From Octopus sinensis (lineage: Eukaryota): 64,000 nt of DNA. A program made the position numbers and the translations under genes. Each line of letters starts with the position of its first letter. Position 1 is the stretch's first letter. The stretch covers positions 94,054,001-94,118,000 of the forward strand of contig NC_043000.1 of assembly GCF_006345805.1 (NCBI RefSeq), written 5' to 3'. Under the pieces are notes generated by a model. That model saw nothing but the letters and a program-made list of their open reading frames with translations. It did not search any database and had not been told where the DNA came from. Shown here one piece after another: positions 12,468 through 26,792 of this stretch.

Positions 12468-13639
12468 ATATATTGTGTGTGTTGTTGTGTCTATATTTGT
12501 CCCTTCCCTCTGCTATCGCATGACAATCGATGTTGGTATGTTATGTTCCCGTAACATAGCGCCAAAACGGACCGATAAAATAAGTACTGGGCTTACAAAG
12601 AACAAGGTGGTGCTCCAGCATGGCCACAGTCAAATGACTGAGACAAATAAAAGAATAAAATAGGCTCTGGGCAAATGTCTTCTGCTATAACTTCGGACCA
12701 ACCAAAGTCCTATGAGCTGTTTTGGTAGACGAAAACTAAAAGAAGCCCATCGTGTATGTGTGTGTGTGTATACGTGTGTGTCTTTGACTCTGTGTTTGTC
12801 CCTCACCACCTCTTGACAACCGGTGGTGGTATATTTATATCTGCTTAACTGGCGGTTCTGCAAGTTAAGACCGACAGAAAAGTCTACATACGTACCAGAC
12901 ATTAAAAAATAAGTGAAATAGTCGAGTCGTTCGACTAAAATTCCTCAAGGCATTTGCTCCAGCATGGCTGTAGTCTAATAACTTAAACCAGTAAAAGAAA
13001 GAAAATGAAGAAAAAATATATGTCTTAGTATGTGTATGTGTGTGCATGTGTGAGTGCGCGCACGTGTGTGTCTGGGCGCGTGTATGTGTGTAGCTAAGTC
13101 TTACTTCCCTGAGGGCTAGCTTGAATGTAATTTTTATAATCTTTATGTCAACTTGGATTGTAAAATATCTGTTCGATTACATTTAGTGTCAAAAAAGTAT
13201 ATATATACATATAAAAACAAAAGCTTTGTCCAAGTTTACAGTGTTTCATACGCCATTACAAACCGTTTTTATCAGTTGTTATACGCCACCTCTCTTATCC
13301 TGTTCTTCCTGACTCTTTGTCATCTCTGAGATAACTTGACAACATCCTCAGGTAATGATTTAATAACAAGTACTTTAAGGCTGTTGAAGATTCAATGTTT
13401 TGTATCAGCTTTAGAGCAAGATGATGCATTCCGGCTTTGCGAGGCTATAATACCCAAATTTACGTTTGCCACTGAAGACAGGTCAACTCGTTGAGTTACA
13501 ATCGAGAAGAATTTCATATCACGATTTGTTTCAGTGCTATCTTGTTGCACTCCTCAAAGAAAAAATTTGGGCCAGGTACCTTTCTCTCAGTCTCTCTTTT
13601 TGTGTCTGTTTCTCTGATTCTTCTGTCTCTCTCTCTCTC

Positions 13640-13686
<47 letters not shown>

Positions 13687-13687
13687 G

Positions 13688-13735
<48 letters not shown>

Positions 13736-13744
13736 ATATATATT

Positions 13745-14112
13745 CTTTTCTACTCTAGGGCACAGGTACGAAATTTTGGTGGGAGGGGGTCAGTCGATTA
13801 GATCGAAACCAGTACGTAACTGGTACTTAATTTATCAACCCCGAAAGGATGAAAGGCAAAGTCGACCTCGGCGGAATTTGAACTCAGAACGTAAAGACAG
13901 ACGAAATACCTATTTCTTTACTACCCACAAGGAGCTAAACACAGAGAGGACAAACAAGGACAAACAAACGGATTAAGTCGATTACATCGAGACTAGTGCG
14001 TAACTGGCACTTAATTTATCGACTCGAGGGATGAAAGGCAAAGTCGACCTCGGCGGAATTTGGACTCAGAACATAACGGCAGACGAAATACCGCTAAGCA
14101 TTCGCCAGGCGT
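13745..14112 (-). mobile_element. Two adjacent copies of SINE family C
   Basis: GGATGAAAGGCAAAGTCGACCTCGGCGGAATTTGRACTCAGAAC occurs twice. Confidence 0.85.
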
Positions 14113-14135
14113 GTAAAATACACACACATACACAC

Positions 14136-14233
<98 letters not shown>

Positions 14234-14269
14234 GAAGACGAAGAATTAGAAAATAATAATAATAATATA

Positions 14270-14538
14270 ATACCTGCCGAAAATGCGATGCACCCACAAA
14301 CATTTAAGAAACAAGATGAGTAAGAAAAAGTAAACAACTAGAAAATGAAACTACTGCAGGGGAAATACCTCAACGCTTGGAGATGGCTAAAATAAGTGAC
14401 CTGAAAGGATGCACTGAGGCAGTGATATGCAGCGCCCAGGAATAATCTATGAGGAGTAATTACACCAAGTTCCAAATAGATAAGAATAGCAAATCGCCAC
14501 TTTGTAAGATGTGTAGCAGCAGAAACAAAACAATCTCA
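14270..14538 (+). mobile_element. Degenerate R4-clade LINE fragment
   Basis: AWRWLKISDLKGCTEAVICSAQE*SMRSNYTKFQIDKNSKSPLCKMC is homologous to the WL..GLK.ETEG..AAQDQ...C..C region at 27000-27250. Confidence 0.7.
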
Positions 14539-14757
14539 CCAGGAAGACAATCTCCTCCAGCTGGCTAACCAAATACAGTCTGTGTTTGATTAGTATTTGT
14601 GAAGGGAGACGCAGACAGTGAGTCGTTAGCCAGCTGGGGGAGATGTCTTCCTGGAACTATAAACAACAGTAGCATTGTCCCCTATGGGTCCGCCACATTT
14701 AGGTGGCAAATATACTTCACGATTCCATGCTGCGGCTGTTTACTTCTCGCTCAGAGA
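14539..14757 (+). mobile_element. PLE-like tail fragment with an inverted 30-bp upstream copy
   Basis: 14539-14569 pairs with 14625-14654. Shares a GATG.TTCCTGG..CTA.AAACA.CAG-like motif with the 6256 and 30275 elements. Confidence 0.5.
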
Positions 14758-14844
14758 TATGTGTGTGTGTGTATGTGTGTGTGTAGGAATAATAAATCTC
14801 TGAGAGAGATGTAAACAGTAGAAGCACGACATCGTTACAAATAA

Positions 14845-15159
14845 GGAGCACTCCGTCGGTTACGACGACGAGGGTCCCAGCTGATACGATCAACGGAACA
14901 GCTTGCTCGTGAAATTAACGTGAAAGTGACTGAGCAATCCACAGACACGTTTACCTCTTATGTAGTTCTCAGGGAGATTCAGCGTGACACAAAGTGTAAC
15001 AAGACCGGCTCTTTGAAATACTGGTACTACTCATTTTTGCCAGCTGAGTGGACTGAAGCAACATGAAATAAAGTGTCTTGTTCAAGGACACAACGCGTCG
15101 CCGGGAATTGAACTCCCGACCTTACAATCATGAACCGAATGCCCTAACCACTAAGCCAT
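14845..15159 (-). mobile_element. tRNA-derived SINE, family A variant
   Basis: Reverse TGGCTTAGTGGTTAGGG head and the CORE-like GTGTCCTTGAACAAGACACTT segment. Confidence 0.8.
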
Positions 15160-15160
15160 G

Positions 15161-15209
<49 letters not shown>

Positions 15210-16052
15210 TATATATATATATATTATATATAATATAATGTATATATATATGTGTGTATGTGGGGGGTTGTGTGTGTGTATGTGGCTGTATGTGTGTATG
15301 TATGTATATGTATACACGCACTCATATAAAGTGAGGACAAAAATATTGAAGAAGAGTATCAGAAATTGCTTCAATAATAATACATTCCAGCTACTTATTC
15401 TCTAGAAACCACTTCATCTAACAGGGGAGAGAAATAAAGATCTTTGGTGTAACCAGTTAGCCTATTTTCACAGAGACGATAAAATATTTATGTTTATAAT
15501 ATGTTTCAAATAGTCTCAAATGCTGTTGAATACATTATCACATAATTAATTAAGTAGTGTCTGAGCACAAAAACTGTTATGCAAATTAAACGGGCCAGTT
15601 TAGATGTGATCGATTGCGTATACACTATAAATAGCTATATATACTATTTTTGCCTGTTAGGGTATAACACCAGTGTTACTTCATTGACGAGTGAAAAGTT
15701 TACAAACACACAAGATACGTACAGGACAAAATACCAAAAGAAGATAACTCGCTCGTCAGTTGTCGACTGTTTCACTACTCTCTATTCGTACTTTCAGCAA
15801 CAAGGTAGGAAAACCTCATAAGACAGCAGCATACAGAACTTTTAAAAATATAAAATTTGTGGAGAGTTAGGGCTTCGAACGAACAACCAACAACAGAGTG
15901 AACGTAAAAAGTAAACAATCGACGAAGGTACAAACATTAATGGCCGTTAGGCCTATATATATATTGACAGAAATGGTATTATAACAAACGATATTATGCA
16001 AATAGAGGAATTTATGTGTAAATGTAATATGTGACAATTATTCTGTAACCAT

Positions 16053-16113
16053 GATAAAACTACGAGTTTCGGATGTCGGGGCGGAAATCCACGCCGCCAT
16101 CTCTTCAGTTATC
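16053..16113 (-). ncRNA. Type I hammerhead ribozyme motif (canonical core) in a PLE-like fragment
   Basis: GATAA-CTGAAGA-GATG...CATC-C-GAAA-CT(CGT)AG-TT-TTATC. Confidence 0.55.
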
Positions 16114-16234
16114 CGGTCATCGGAAAAAATGCTATGAAAATAACCGTTAAACAAAGGGAAATTACTGTGTGATTGACCGTTATTAAGACAAAAGAGCTAT
16201 TTGAATGACCGCTAAGTGAGGGGAGCGAGTAAAA

Positions 16235-16333
16235 GTAAGGTGGTAAAAAGTTCATAGTATTCGCGTAAGCGCGCATGTGTAGGTATGGACATGCGCGCTT
16301 ACGCGAATACTATGACCTTTTTTACCGTCTTAC
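16235..16333. repeat. Hairpin with ~44-bp arms (27-bp perfect core) and a 10-nt loop
   Basis: TCATAGTATTCGCGTAAGCGCGCATGT (16252-16278) pairs with ACATGCGCGCTTACGCGAATACTATGA (16289-16315). Confidence 0.9.
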
Positions 16334-16537
16334 ATTTTCGTGAAATAGTTTCTTTGGTTCTCTATCATCTGTAAATCTGCAACAAATCTGCTGACGTGAT
16401 AAGTTTTCACCAATGCGAAATGACCTAACAATTACTACTTTCCAACTATAAGCTAATTTCTCCATTAATCACTATATTGTCTGACAAATGTTACAAACCA
16501 CATACCAAATGCGTGTGCGTGTGTGTGCGCGCGCAGT

Positions 16538-16992
16538 GTGTGTGGTAAGAAGCGTGCTTCCTAACCACGTGGTTCCGGGTTCAGTCCCACTTCGTGGCAC
16601 CTTGGGCGAGTGTCATCTACTATAGCCTCAGACCGACCAAAGCCTTGTGAGTGAATTTGATAGATGGAAAACTAAAAGAAGCCTGTCGTATATATATATA
16701 TATTCTTTTATTCTTTTGCTTGTTTCAGTTAGTGGACTGCGGGCATACTGGAGCACCAGCTTTTATATGTAGATATTTGTGTGTTTGTGTTTGTTTGTCC
16801 CCAACCACCATTGCATGACATTCGATGTTGGTATGTTTACGTACTCGTAACTTAGCGGTTCGGGAAAACAGACAGATAGAATAAGTAACAGGCTTATAAA
16901 GAATAAATTCAGGGATTGATTTGTTAAAATAAAAAAGGCGGTGCTCCAGCATAGCCACAGTCAAAATGATGAAACAAGTAAAATAATAAAAG
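16538..16992 (+). mobile_element. tRNA-derived SINE, family B
   Basis: GTGTGGTAAGAAG...GGTTCAGTCCC head and GGCGGTGCTCCAGCATAGCCACAGTC tail. Confidence 0.8.
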
Positions 16993-17014
16993 ATGTGTAT
17001 ATATATATATATAA

Positions 17015-17087
<73 letters not shown>

Positions 17088-17800
17088 CATTATATATATA
17101 TATATATATAATATATATATATATATATTATTATATTATATATATATACATACATATATATTTACATATATATATACATATACATACAGGTATACACACA
17201 CACATATACAGACAGATACACCGATAGACAGACAGACATACAGATAGATAGATAGATAGATACTACTCACAGGCGCACATGCACTCATCACACGCGCACA
17301 TGCCCCACTCACACACATATATAACATGTAAATATGTATATGATGTGTGTGTTCTTTCACATGCATATAATTGTTCCTAGCTAAAAGAATTGTAATTCCC
17401 AGTCGGTGACTGCATCAGAGTCAATTGGCAAACGATTTGCAATTAGTATGTGGACCAGTTTCAACAGCATGTGTTTCTTTCTCTGCAGAATAGTTCTGAT
17501 AACGAATCTTCCATAACAAATATGGTGCTAAGTAATTAGCAGTAATTACTCATTAATAAGTGCTACTAATTACTCAAAGACAAGCTATAGGAAAAAGTTG
17601 AAATAGATTACAATACCAACAAAAATAAATGAAGTAGAATATAATAAAATAATAACAGTATTTAAACAATGGAATTTTGCAGATTTTTTTCTTCTTCTTC
17701 CTCGAAAATTATTGCAAAATCGTTTTTGGTCTCTAATTTTTTTTTGTCTTTTCCACCCTCTTACAATCTGTCATTCTTCTTTCTTTCTTTTCTCTCTCTC

Positions 17801-17835
<35 letters not shown>

Positions 17836-17923
17836 TTCTTTCTCCTTCCCTTTCTCTCTCTTTCTCCTTTCTCTCTTTCTCTCTCTCTCTCTCTTTCTCT
17901 TTCTCTCATCTTTAGCAACCTTT

Positions 17924-17991
<68 letters not shown>

Positions 17992-17994
17992 AGA

Positions 17995-18770
17995 TGCATT
18001 CCAGAAGTTTTCAAATTTTTTCAGGAGAGACATTCATTTAAAAAAAGTACAAAACTCTATTCTCCTTCGAAGTAGCATCCTCTGAATTCACTGCATTTAT
18101 TTCTTTATTGCCCACAAGGATCTAAAAATAGAGGGAACAAACAAGGACAGAAAGACGGATTAAGTCGATTATATCGACCCCAGTGTGTAACTGGTACTTA
18201 TTTAATCGACCCCGAAAGGATGAAAGGCAATGTCGACCTCGGCGGAATTTGAACTCAGATCGTAACGGCAGACGAAATACCGCTAAGCATTTCGCCCGGC
18301 GTGCTAACGATTCTGCCAGCTCACCACCTTAAATTCACTGCACTTGTGTAGCGCTCCAGCTACTTCGTGAAGACCCTTTTGGAAGTCTTCCAAAGTACTG
18401 GACCCTTGTCACAGCCCCTTTCATCTACTCCGCCAGCTTGATGAACAACCAGAGGTCAGAGGGAGAAAAGTCTGGACGGTGGTGGAGTGGTTGACAGTTT
18501 TGTTGCCCATCGCTGTCAGATAGAACTGTGGATTGATGCATTGTCCTGGCGCAGGTGGTGTGGCTTTTTGCGACGAAAGTTCATCCCGAGCTCCCTAAAA
18601 ACTTCGTCAAAGTACTCTTTGCTAACAGTCTGACCAGAAGGAACCCAGTGTTTCTAAATGATGTCCTTGCCGTGGATAAAGGGAACCATCATGTGCTTTT
18701 CAGTGGACTTGCTTTGACTGGCCTCTTATGTCTGCGAAAAACAGATGTTCGGCTCATACAAGTTAATCCA
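17995..18770 (-). mobile_element. Mariner transposase relic interrupted by a SINE
   Basis: Minus-strand motifs HWVPSGQTVSKEYF, LRQDNA, PDFSPSDLWLF and the C-terminal HKCSEFRGCYFEGE*. Confidence 0.8.
18096..18331 (-). mobile_element. SINE family C insertion with an 11-bp TSD
   Basis: AATTCACTGCA at 18085-18095 and 18332-18342 flanks a full-length copy. Confidence 0.9.
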
Positions 18771-18774
18771 TAAG

Positions 18775-18940
18775 GCATAGGAGTGGCTTGGTTACCAATC
18801 ACATGTGTCCGGGTTCAGTCCCACTGCGTGGCACCTTGTGCAAGTGTCTTCTACTATAGCCTCGGACCGACCAGAGCCTTGTGAGTGGATCTGGTAGACG
18901 GAAACTGAAAGAAGCCCGTCGTATATATGTATATGTATAT

Positions 18941-18980
<40 letters not shown>

Positions 18981-19127
18981 ATCACGTGACCGACCAGTCC
19001 ATCAGATGTAGTTACACATCGCTGATCACAATGCGTTCGCATTGTTTTTTAGCCATCGAATGACGACACCCCGCTGGCTAAGCGAGCAGGCCAATATGTA
19101 TATATATATATGTGTGTGTGTGTGTGT

Positions 19128-19165
<38 letters not shown>

Positions 19166-19350
19166 TGTGTCTGTGTTTGTCCCCCCCAGTATCGCTTAAC
19201 AACCGATACTGTTTACGTCCCCGTAACTTAGCTGTTCAGCAAAATTGACCGATAGAATAAGTCCTGGGGTCGATTTGCTCGACTCAAGGCGGTGCTTCAG
19301 CATGGCCGCAGTCAAATGACTGAAACAAGTAAAAGAGAGTAAAAGAGTAA
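18775..19350 (+). mobile_element. SINE family B split by a nested family A fragment in its internal (TA)/(TG) tract
   Basis: 5' half 18775-18920, inverted A fragment 18975-19095, 3' half 19160-19350 ending (GTAAAAGA)n. Confidence 0.75.
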
Positions 19351-19559
19351 GCAATCTGGAGCATTTCATATGTTTCTGTAGCTTTTCGCCCACGTTAACA
19401 CAAAACCTTAACGCATAACAAGCTTTCAAAGTGTCTTCGCATCCCAACAGTAAATCGGCAAACCAGTCACTTGTTTTCAAAAATATGTTATAGCCGTCTT
19501 CCCCGATTTGGAATAACGAAATGTTGGAAGGTTAGCTTATTAGATATTTACTGTAATAA

Positions 19560-19819
19560 AAAAAATAAATAAATGCGCCCTTTTAGAGCCTAACCAGGAT
19601 CATGGGCCCGGTTTCCCGGTTTCAATGGCGTATGTGTTCCCCCGCTGGACGGGACGTCAATCTATCGCAGCGTTACTCATTTTTGCCAGCTGAGTGGACT
19701 GGAGCATCGTGAAATGAAGTGTTTTGCTAAAGAACACAACGCGTCGTCCGGTCTAGGAATCGAAACGACAATCTTACGATCAAAATGCTGACACCCTAAC
19801 CACTAAGCCACGCGCCTCC
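19560..19819 (-). mobile_element. tRNA-derived SINE, family A
   Basis: Reverse complement of 2273-2525. Confidence 0.85.
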
Positions 19820-20361
19820 ACATATACTGTAATGATACACCAAAGTTACAATAATCTAGGACAGTTATGACTACCTGTTCTTAAAAATCTCAAAGCATTT
19901 GGAATACATCTCGCATATATATTTTATCTTTTATTGTTTACTTGTTTCAGTCATCGGACTGCGGCCATGCTGGAGAACCACCATGAAGGGTTTAGTAGAA
20001 GAAATTGACAACTGTACTTATTTTTTTAAAGTCTGACACTTGTTCTACGGTCTCTTTCTCTGAACTACTAAGTGATGGGGACGTAAACAAACCAACACCG
20101 GCCGTTAAGTGGGTGAAGGGACAAATAGAAGCAACACGATATATTCACACACACACACACACGTACACATGTATATGCGTAAATATCGAACGATGAATAT
20201 GAGTGCCCAACACCGCATTGGTGAATATAATTTCTTTATATGTGAATTAAGGCTACCATTAGTTTCATGCGAAGAAAAGTAGGAAAATATCCTAATGTCT
20301 TAACATGTGTGTGTGTGTGTAATCAGTAAGGTGGTACGATCTGTGCCATCAGCATCTAGAA

Positions 20362-20514
20362 CAATTATGGGCAACCCGTGGCCCGCGGGACTTTCTATGG
20401 ATATACCTAAACACAACATTACCTTGAAATTTTTTTATAGTGCAGCACGCCTGATGATGAGCTAAATCTCATGCGGCCCGATTCTCAAAAAAAAAAAAAG
20501 ATTACCCATGCCTG
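20362..20514. mobile_element. hAT (Charlie-like) MITE
   Basis: Ends CAATTATGGGCAACC and GATTACCCATGCCTG, internal GGCCCGC motifs, and 8-bp TSD-like flanks ATCTAGAA / GTCTAGTA. Confidence 0.7.
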
Positions 20515-21089
20515 GTCTAGTATGTAGAGCCTTGGACTTTTCATACAGTTCTACATCTTCACCGCTGAGTTACCGTTGGAGGCCGATATTTCATCAGTAA
20601 TTTTATCGCAAATGTCGTCCCCACTCAGCAATGAGACATCAGGCATCAAATATATCCCTCTTCCAAAGAGCAGCATCGGCGTATGAATCACAGTTGAACT
20701 TTTGCAGGCAGCTAGCATTTGTTTTGAAGCTGATGGCTTTATGATTCTGAAGACAATATAGTCCCAAGATATTGTTCTGTTGTTTGTATGTTAAGTGACA
20801 TCGTCATACGAGGTCATCAACGATTGCGAAGCAAACGTCAAATCAAGTTGTAATATCTTGTAGTTTAAGCATAATATAGCAGCTAGTCCTTGGTAGTATA
20901 GAGGTAAGTATCCCCGCCTATAGTGCATGAGACCGGGTTTTGATTTGCTGCCGCGGCAGCGAAATGTGTATATACTTTTCGAATTAGAGTGCCCCAACAT
21001 GTTCAGACTTTGGATTGGAGCATATAAAGGAAAGACAAAAATATATTAGCAGATGGACTAGAATAAATTTTAATATTACCGAGCCTGAA

Positions 21090-21300
21090 GTCGGTGAACT
21101 GGGAAAATAATTAGCATACCGAATTAAATACTTAACGGCATTTCGTCCGTTGATACTTTCTGCGTTCAAATTCCGCCGAGGTCGATTTTGTCTCTCATTC
21201 TTCGAGGTCGATAAAATATGTACCAGTTGAGCACTGGGACTGATGTAATCGATTTACTCCTCCCAACCTGCTGGCCTTGTGCCGAAATTTGAAACCAGTA
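21090..21300 (+). mobile_element. SINE family C
   Basis: GTTCAAATTCCGCCGAGGTCGA...GTACCAGTTGAGCACTGGG. Further copies near 3150, 25000, 28700, 29415, 46790, 47260, 54010, 58770, 59355, 59580 and 62330. Confidence 0.75.
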
Positions 21301-22515
21301 TTGCAAGGCCTCACTGTAGGTGAACTGAGAATGTAAGCACACCTTTTCCATGCCAATGATATGCAAAAAAAATTTTTTTAACGATTTCTCTATTTTGGGT
21401 TCCTTTTAAAAATCTGTCGTACTTCAATAGCATAGAAATAATGTTTACATTCTTATTTAACTCACAGTCAGGCTTTGCAATATTAAAATGTATTTCAGTT
21501 CTTATTACTTACACTGTGCTGTGCATGAAATAGAAATTAACAGAGATATATTAACAAAAAGTTCTTGACTAAGTTTTAGGTCACTGGTTTTGTTGTTGTT
21601 TAGCACCAGGTCAGTCCTGAGATCAAGCAAACATACGAATGATCTAAGACGTTCTGTCTTTTCTTCTTCTTCTTATTTTTTTAGTCACTCTATATCAAGA
21701 ATCACATTAATTATCCAATTCTTTTATCTCTATATAATAACTGATATAAATATTGGTTGGTTGGTTGGTTGGTTGGTTGGCTGGTTCGTTGGTTGTCTGT
21801 TTTTTTCTGCTCACGCTTTACAGAGTGAGAGAGTAAAAGAGAAATACACAGAGTTAACATGGCAGGTGCAGGATGAGTGCACATACACAGCTTGGTAAGA
21901 GAAAGAGTCAGAGAAAGAGAGAGAGGCATAACTCCAGTATAGTCCCCCCCCCATCACTTTGATGCTTATCACTTTCTGAAAAATACATGAAATTTTTACA
22001 AAGATAGGTTATTGATGGAGTAGACTGTGATTGTGTTGATAAAAATTTAGAAAAATAATAGTATATTTATTGCAAATTTGCAAATGAAGAATTCGTTTAA
22101 TTTAGTTTTATATTATATTTTTCGCTTGAAAGTTAGTCTACGTTTCATAATTTTGTATAAACACCAGAAAATTTAATAGACGTTAAATTATAATTATAGT
22201 ATGCATGCCATATTTCCTGAAATTACATCTGGTGGCGAAAGTATACCGCTAACTTTACTGTCATATGACGGGTAAGATTCTAGTTTGTCTCATATTCTGA
22301 GCTCAAATTCTTCAACAAATTGTACTTGTTTGCCTTCAGAGACATACAACGTCATTATTTATTCATTTGGTTACATTTAACCTTTTCATGATGAAATATA
22401 TTTTACTTGTCAGCGTAAATATGTTACTATTTCTTGAAAGAGAGGTAAAGCAAAAGATGGTATGATATATATTTAAAATCTGGTCAAAATACCGAGATGA
22501 AGAAATGGTTGTGTC

Positions 22516-22563
<48 letters not shown>

Positions 22564-22677
22564 ATATATATATAAACACGCCTAACATTATATAATACGG
22601 ATACACATATAATCTATGTTTGCATACAGTCAAAATATCATATGTACATGTACAACTTCCCATACATACACCACACA

Positions 22678-22713
<36 letters not shown>

Positions 22714-22862
22714 TGTATATACATATATATATGCATACATACATGTATATGTTTGTGTACACATATATAAATACAGAAGCGCACGCATATACACACGCAA
22801 ACACAGACAGTCACACACGCACATATACATATATATGTGTATATACATACATACATATATAT

Positions 22863-22894
<32 letters not shown>

Positions 22895-23377
22895 TGTATG
22901 TATGTATGTATGTATTTATATATTTCTGTGCACAAATACCGAAAGCAATAAGAAGATTCGGATCGCTTATTCTTTTTTCCCTTTCCTTTATGTATAAGAT
23001 AACATTTATATTATCTATGTTATTTATATTATTTTATTTTTATCCATTTTATAGTTCCATGACATCTTTTCATTTAATTTACGAGGGAAATATTTTTTAG
23101 AGACATCTCGGAAAACTTTGTAAAAAAAATTAACTATTTGACTTTTTGGCCGTTAGAAAATTTGGAACTGGTAAATACTAAGACATTATCAATAAGTATT
23201 CTGCCAATAAGATATATGTATATGTATTACATGTGTACATATATATATATATATAATATATATATTAATAGCTATATATATGTATACTTATATTTGTATA
23301 TATTATATATATACGTATGTAGTATGTGTGTAATCTGTATGCATGTATATAAATATATATATATATATATATATAGA

Positions 23378-23435
<58 letters not shown>

Positions 23436-24584
23436 AAATCCTTGAACCTTTAAATGTGAACTGAAACTTCTGTATAAGTTGTAAAGTGCAAATAAATACC
23501 TACATTTCACCATATATTTAATAAAAAAAATAATAAATTCTTTAAAAATGTATAAAATTCGCAAAATAATAAAAAAAATCTGCAGAAATTTCTGTAATAT
23601 TAAGGCAAGAAAATTTTCATAGAAACTGTACAACCAGTACTGTATTTCAAGAAATGCAGCCAAATCTTACTCTTTTACATCGTAGTATCTTAAAAAATGA
23701 ATGCACATTGTATAATATATTCTTAGATGTAACTGAAAAATAATGCTAGATGTTCGCGACTCGTATATGTTTGAGCATATGATACCTGAGTGAGGACTGA
23801 CAAGGGTTAAACAACAATTTATAATTTTTTTCTTTACTAAATAGGGCGCAAGTTTGACTGTAGTAAGAACTTTGCTTCCCATTTACATAGTTTCAGGTTC
23901 AATCCCAGAACATGGTACCTTAAGATATTGTCTCCTACTATAGTTACGGGCCAACCAAGATACTCTGATTCGATTTGTCAGATGCAAACTGAAAGAAGAA
24001 CGTCATACATATGTGTATGTATGTATGTATGTATGTATGTATGTATGTATGTATGTATGTATGTATGTATGTATGTATGCATGTATGTATGCATGCATGC
24101 ATGTATGTATGTATGTATGTATGTATATATACACACATACATAAATGTACGCGTGCGTGGATGAATATGCAGTATGTGTGTGCACGCGTGTCTTGGTGTC
24201 TGCGTTTGTCTCCATAATCATTTGACAACTGGTTTAGAATGTCTACGTCCTTGTAAATTTGCGGTTCGGCAATAGAGAACGATATAAGTACCAGGTTTAA
24301 GAATATAAAACTGCAGAGGTCTATTCGTTCAACTAAAATTCCCCAGACGGTACCACAGCGTGGCTGCAGTTGACTGATTCGAACAAACAAAGCGAAAAAA
24401 GAGATAACTATCTTTTTTTAAGTTTCTTTGTATAAATATAATTATATATCTAGTTTTACTTAATTAAGGTGTTTTGTCTTTTACTCATGCAATGCTATAT
24501 TGTGGAATTGAATCTCAAACAACGGTGCTATGAAAAGAATCTAGGTACTACTCACTCATTCTTGTGTTCAAACTAAATGTTTTT

Positions 24585-24960
24585 TGCTTCCCAACTACAT
24601 GGTTCCGGGTTCAGTCCCATTGCGTGGCAACTTGGGAAAGTCCCTTCTACTATAGCCTCTGGCCGACCAAAGCCTTGTGAGCGGATTTGGTAGACGGAAA
24701 CTGGAAGAATCCCCTCATATATACATGCCTGAATGTGTGCGTGCGTGTGTGTGTTTGTGTCTGTGTTTGTCCGCCACCACTGCTTGGCAACCGGTGTTGG
24801 TGTGTTTACATCCTGTTACTTAGTAGTTTGGCAAACGAAATTGATATAATGAGTACCAGGCTTTAAAAATAAGTACTGATGTCAATTGATTCGATTTAAA
24901 GTTTTTCAAGGTGTTGCACCAGCATGGCCGCAATCTAATGACTGAAACAAGTATAAGAAA
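24585..24960 (+). mobile_element. SINE family B
   Basis: Colinear with 58239-58662. An older copy lies at 23850-24390. Confidence 0.75.
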
Positions 24961-26792
24961 AAACGATGTAGATTACAATGGCAGTAATTATGTCGAGGTG
25001 AGAGACTCATTACTGCGCCGGGTAACATACTTAGCAGTATTTTGTCCAGATTTACGTTCTGAGTTCAAATGCCACTGGGATCGACGGTGCCATTCATCAT
25101 TTCGGGGTCGATAAAATAAATACCAGTTGAGCACTGGGATCAATGTAATCGACTACCCCCTCCCACGAGCTCGGGCCTTGCGCTAAAATTTGAAATTAGT
25201 TTTTATATCAGATAAGTTATCATATATGAAAGTAGGTCTTTTGATATGAATACGTTTGATTGTTGTAGAGTTATTAAAACCTATTCATAACTGCAATATT
25301 TCTTTACTTTAAAGTGAAATGTAATACAAAAAGCCTTAGTTGGGGTTCACATTTGGTTTTATATCTAAATATCCATTATGGTTTAATCCAGTGATGAACC
25401 TTTTAAGTCGAAAGATTTCTCTAGTTTTGTTTTACTTCTAATCTTGTTATTGGTGTGTCACTTAAATGTATGCTTGTATATTAGTAAATTATATACATGT
25501 TTGAAAATAAAAACAATGAGCCAGGCAAGTGAAAAGCTTGGCAATATATGTAAGGTGATGTTAATAAATGAAAACTGAAAACACAAATTTTATTATCTTA
25601 CATACGTTGCTTAATGATCATATGACCTTTCGGGAAAGATTCCCCTTTTCAAATACAATAAACTAAATAATCAAAGAGCCCTGAGAAATGTGTTGTTACT
25701 AGCAGGCATGACAGCTAAGGAGCAACGGTGTGACACGCATTTCGACCGTGTCACACGTTTACCATCAGTAGCTTTTTAGACGAGCGAAGTCAGTGTCCAT
25801 AAGCTAATCGTAGGGAAAGCTGGACAGGTGAGGGTACGTAAAAGAATAAACCTTAGCTTATAGATAATCCTCAAACCAGAGACCTTGTTCAAATGCTTGA
25901 AACAGAATTGTATCAACTAAAGTTGCCCTAGGCCCAGGTGATAGTGCTAAAGTAGGTAGCGGCTTCTGCACAGTTTCCGCCTATCGCCTATCCAGTTTCT
26001 CACACAAAATATGGGTAACTTCATGGCTAAAATAGACTGAAGACAGATTGAACCAGGGGCCATGTGGTCGTGAGAAAACAACATCCACCCCCCATCTTAT
26101 ATCCATACAGACAGAGAAGTGGAAACTTCCAAGGATGTTTATTGGAATAATGTGTTCGACAATGTTAAGAAATAAATGTCTTTCTATTAAAAGTTGTAAT
26201 TGCAGATGCTTTTGCTACTGCTGCTATTACTGTCGTTTAGTTCCATGGCATTCTCGAACAAGCAGACTCTAAAGAAAAAGGTTCCAGTCATAGACATCTT
26301 ATCTTCTATTTAATGTTTCTTTATGAGGTCTGGGATGTGATTTGAGGACGAATTAACTATTATTTCTATCGGGTCTAGTGCCTATGTAGCACTTATGAGT
26401 CATTGATGAGAGAAAGAGTGTGCTTCAGTTGTTCTTTAAATTATGTAACGTGTAAGTTCATTATCTGAAGGACATTAAATACACATGTTAAAATCATTAG
26501 ACTCTAATGGAGGCTAATGATTTTAACAATGGCAACAAAGTGGAAATTAAAGGATACAGAAGAATATAAAGTGACGTTTAGCTTTATGAGGTTAATTAAA
26601 TGAGCTCGTCAGAGCAATGTAGATTACGGTAGAAAAGCTAGTTGAAGAAACAGCAGCTTAAGGATTGGTATAAAGAGAAGTTATCAGACGCTAGAGGAAC
26701 GTATTATTGCTATGGGATAGAGCGATAGCACACACAAATGTTCAATATCATAAGCAACTCATTTGTGAACGTAAACATTTAGAAGCATATGG

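Noticed and set aside
9877-12523. Many overlapping MYVC/YIYI/LSIY ORFs here and across the window
   Set aside because: Simple-repeat translations.
15680-15780. GAAACAGTC...CTGACGAG on the minus strand as a permuted hammerhead
   Set aside because: Stems I and III cannot form as a monomer; only a short imperfect inverted repeat is evident.
25727-25757. Small hairpins (also 9670-9740) as miRNA precursors
   Set aside because: Arms are too short (10-15 bp) and there is no supporting context.
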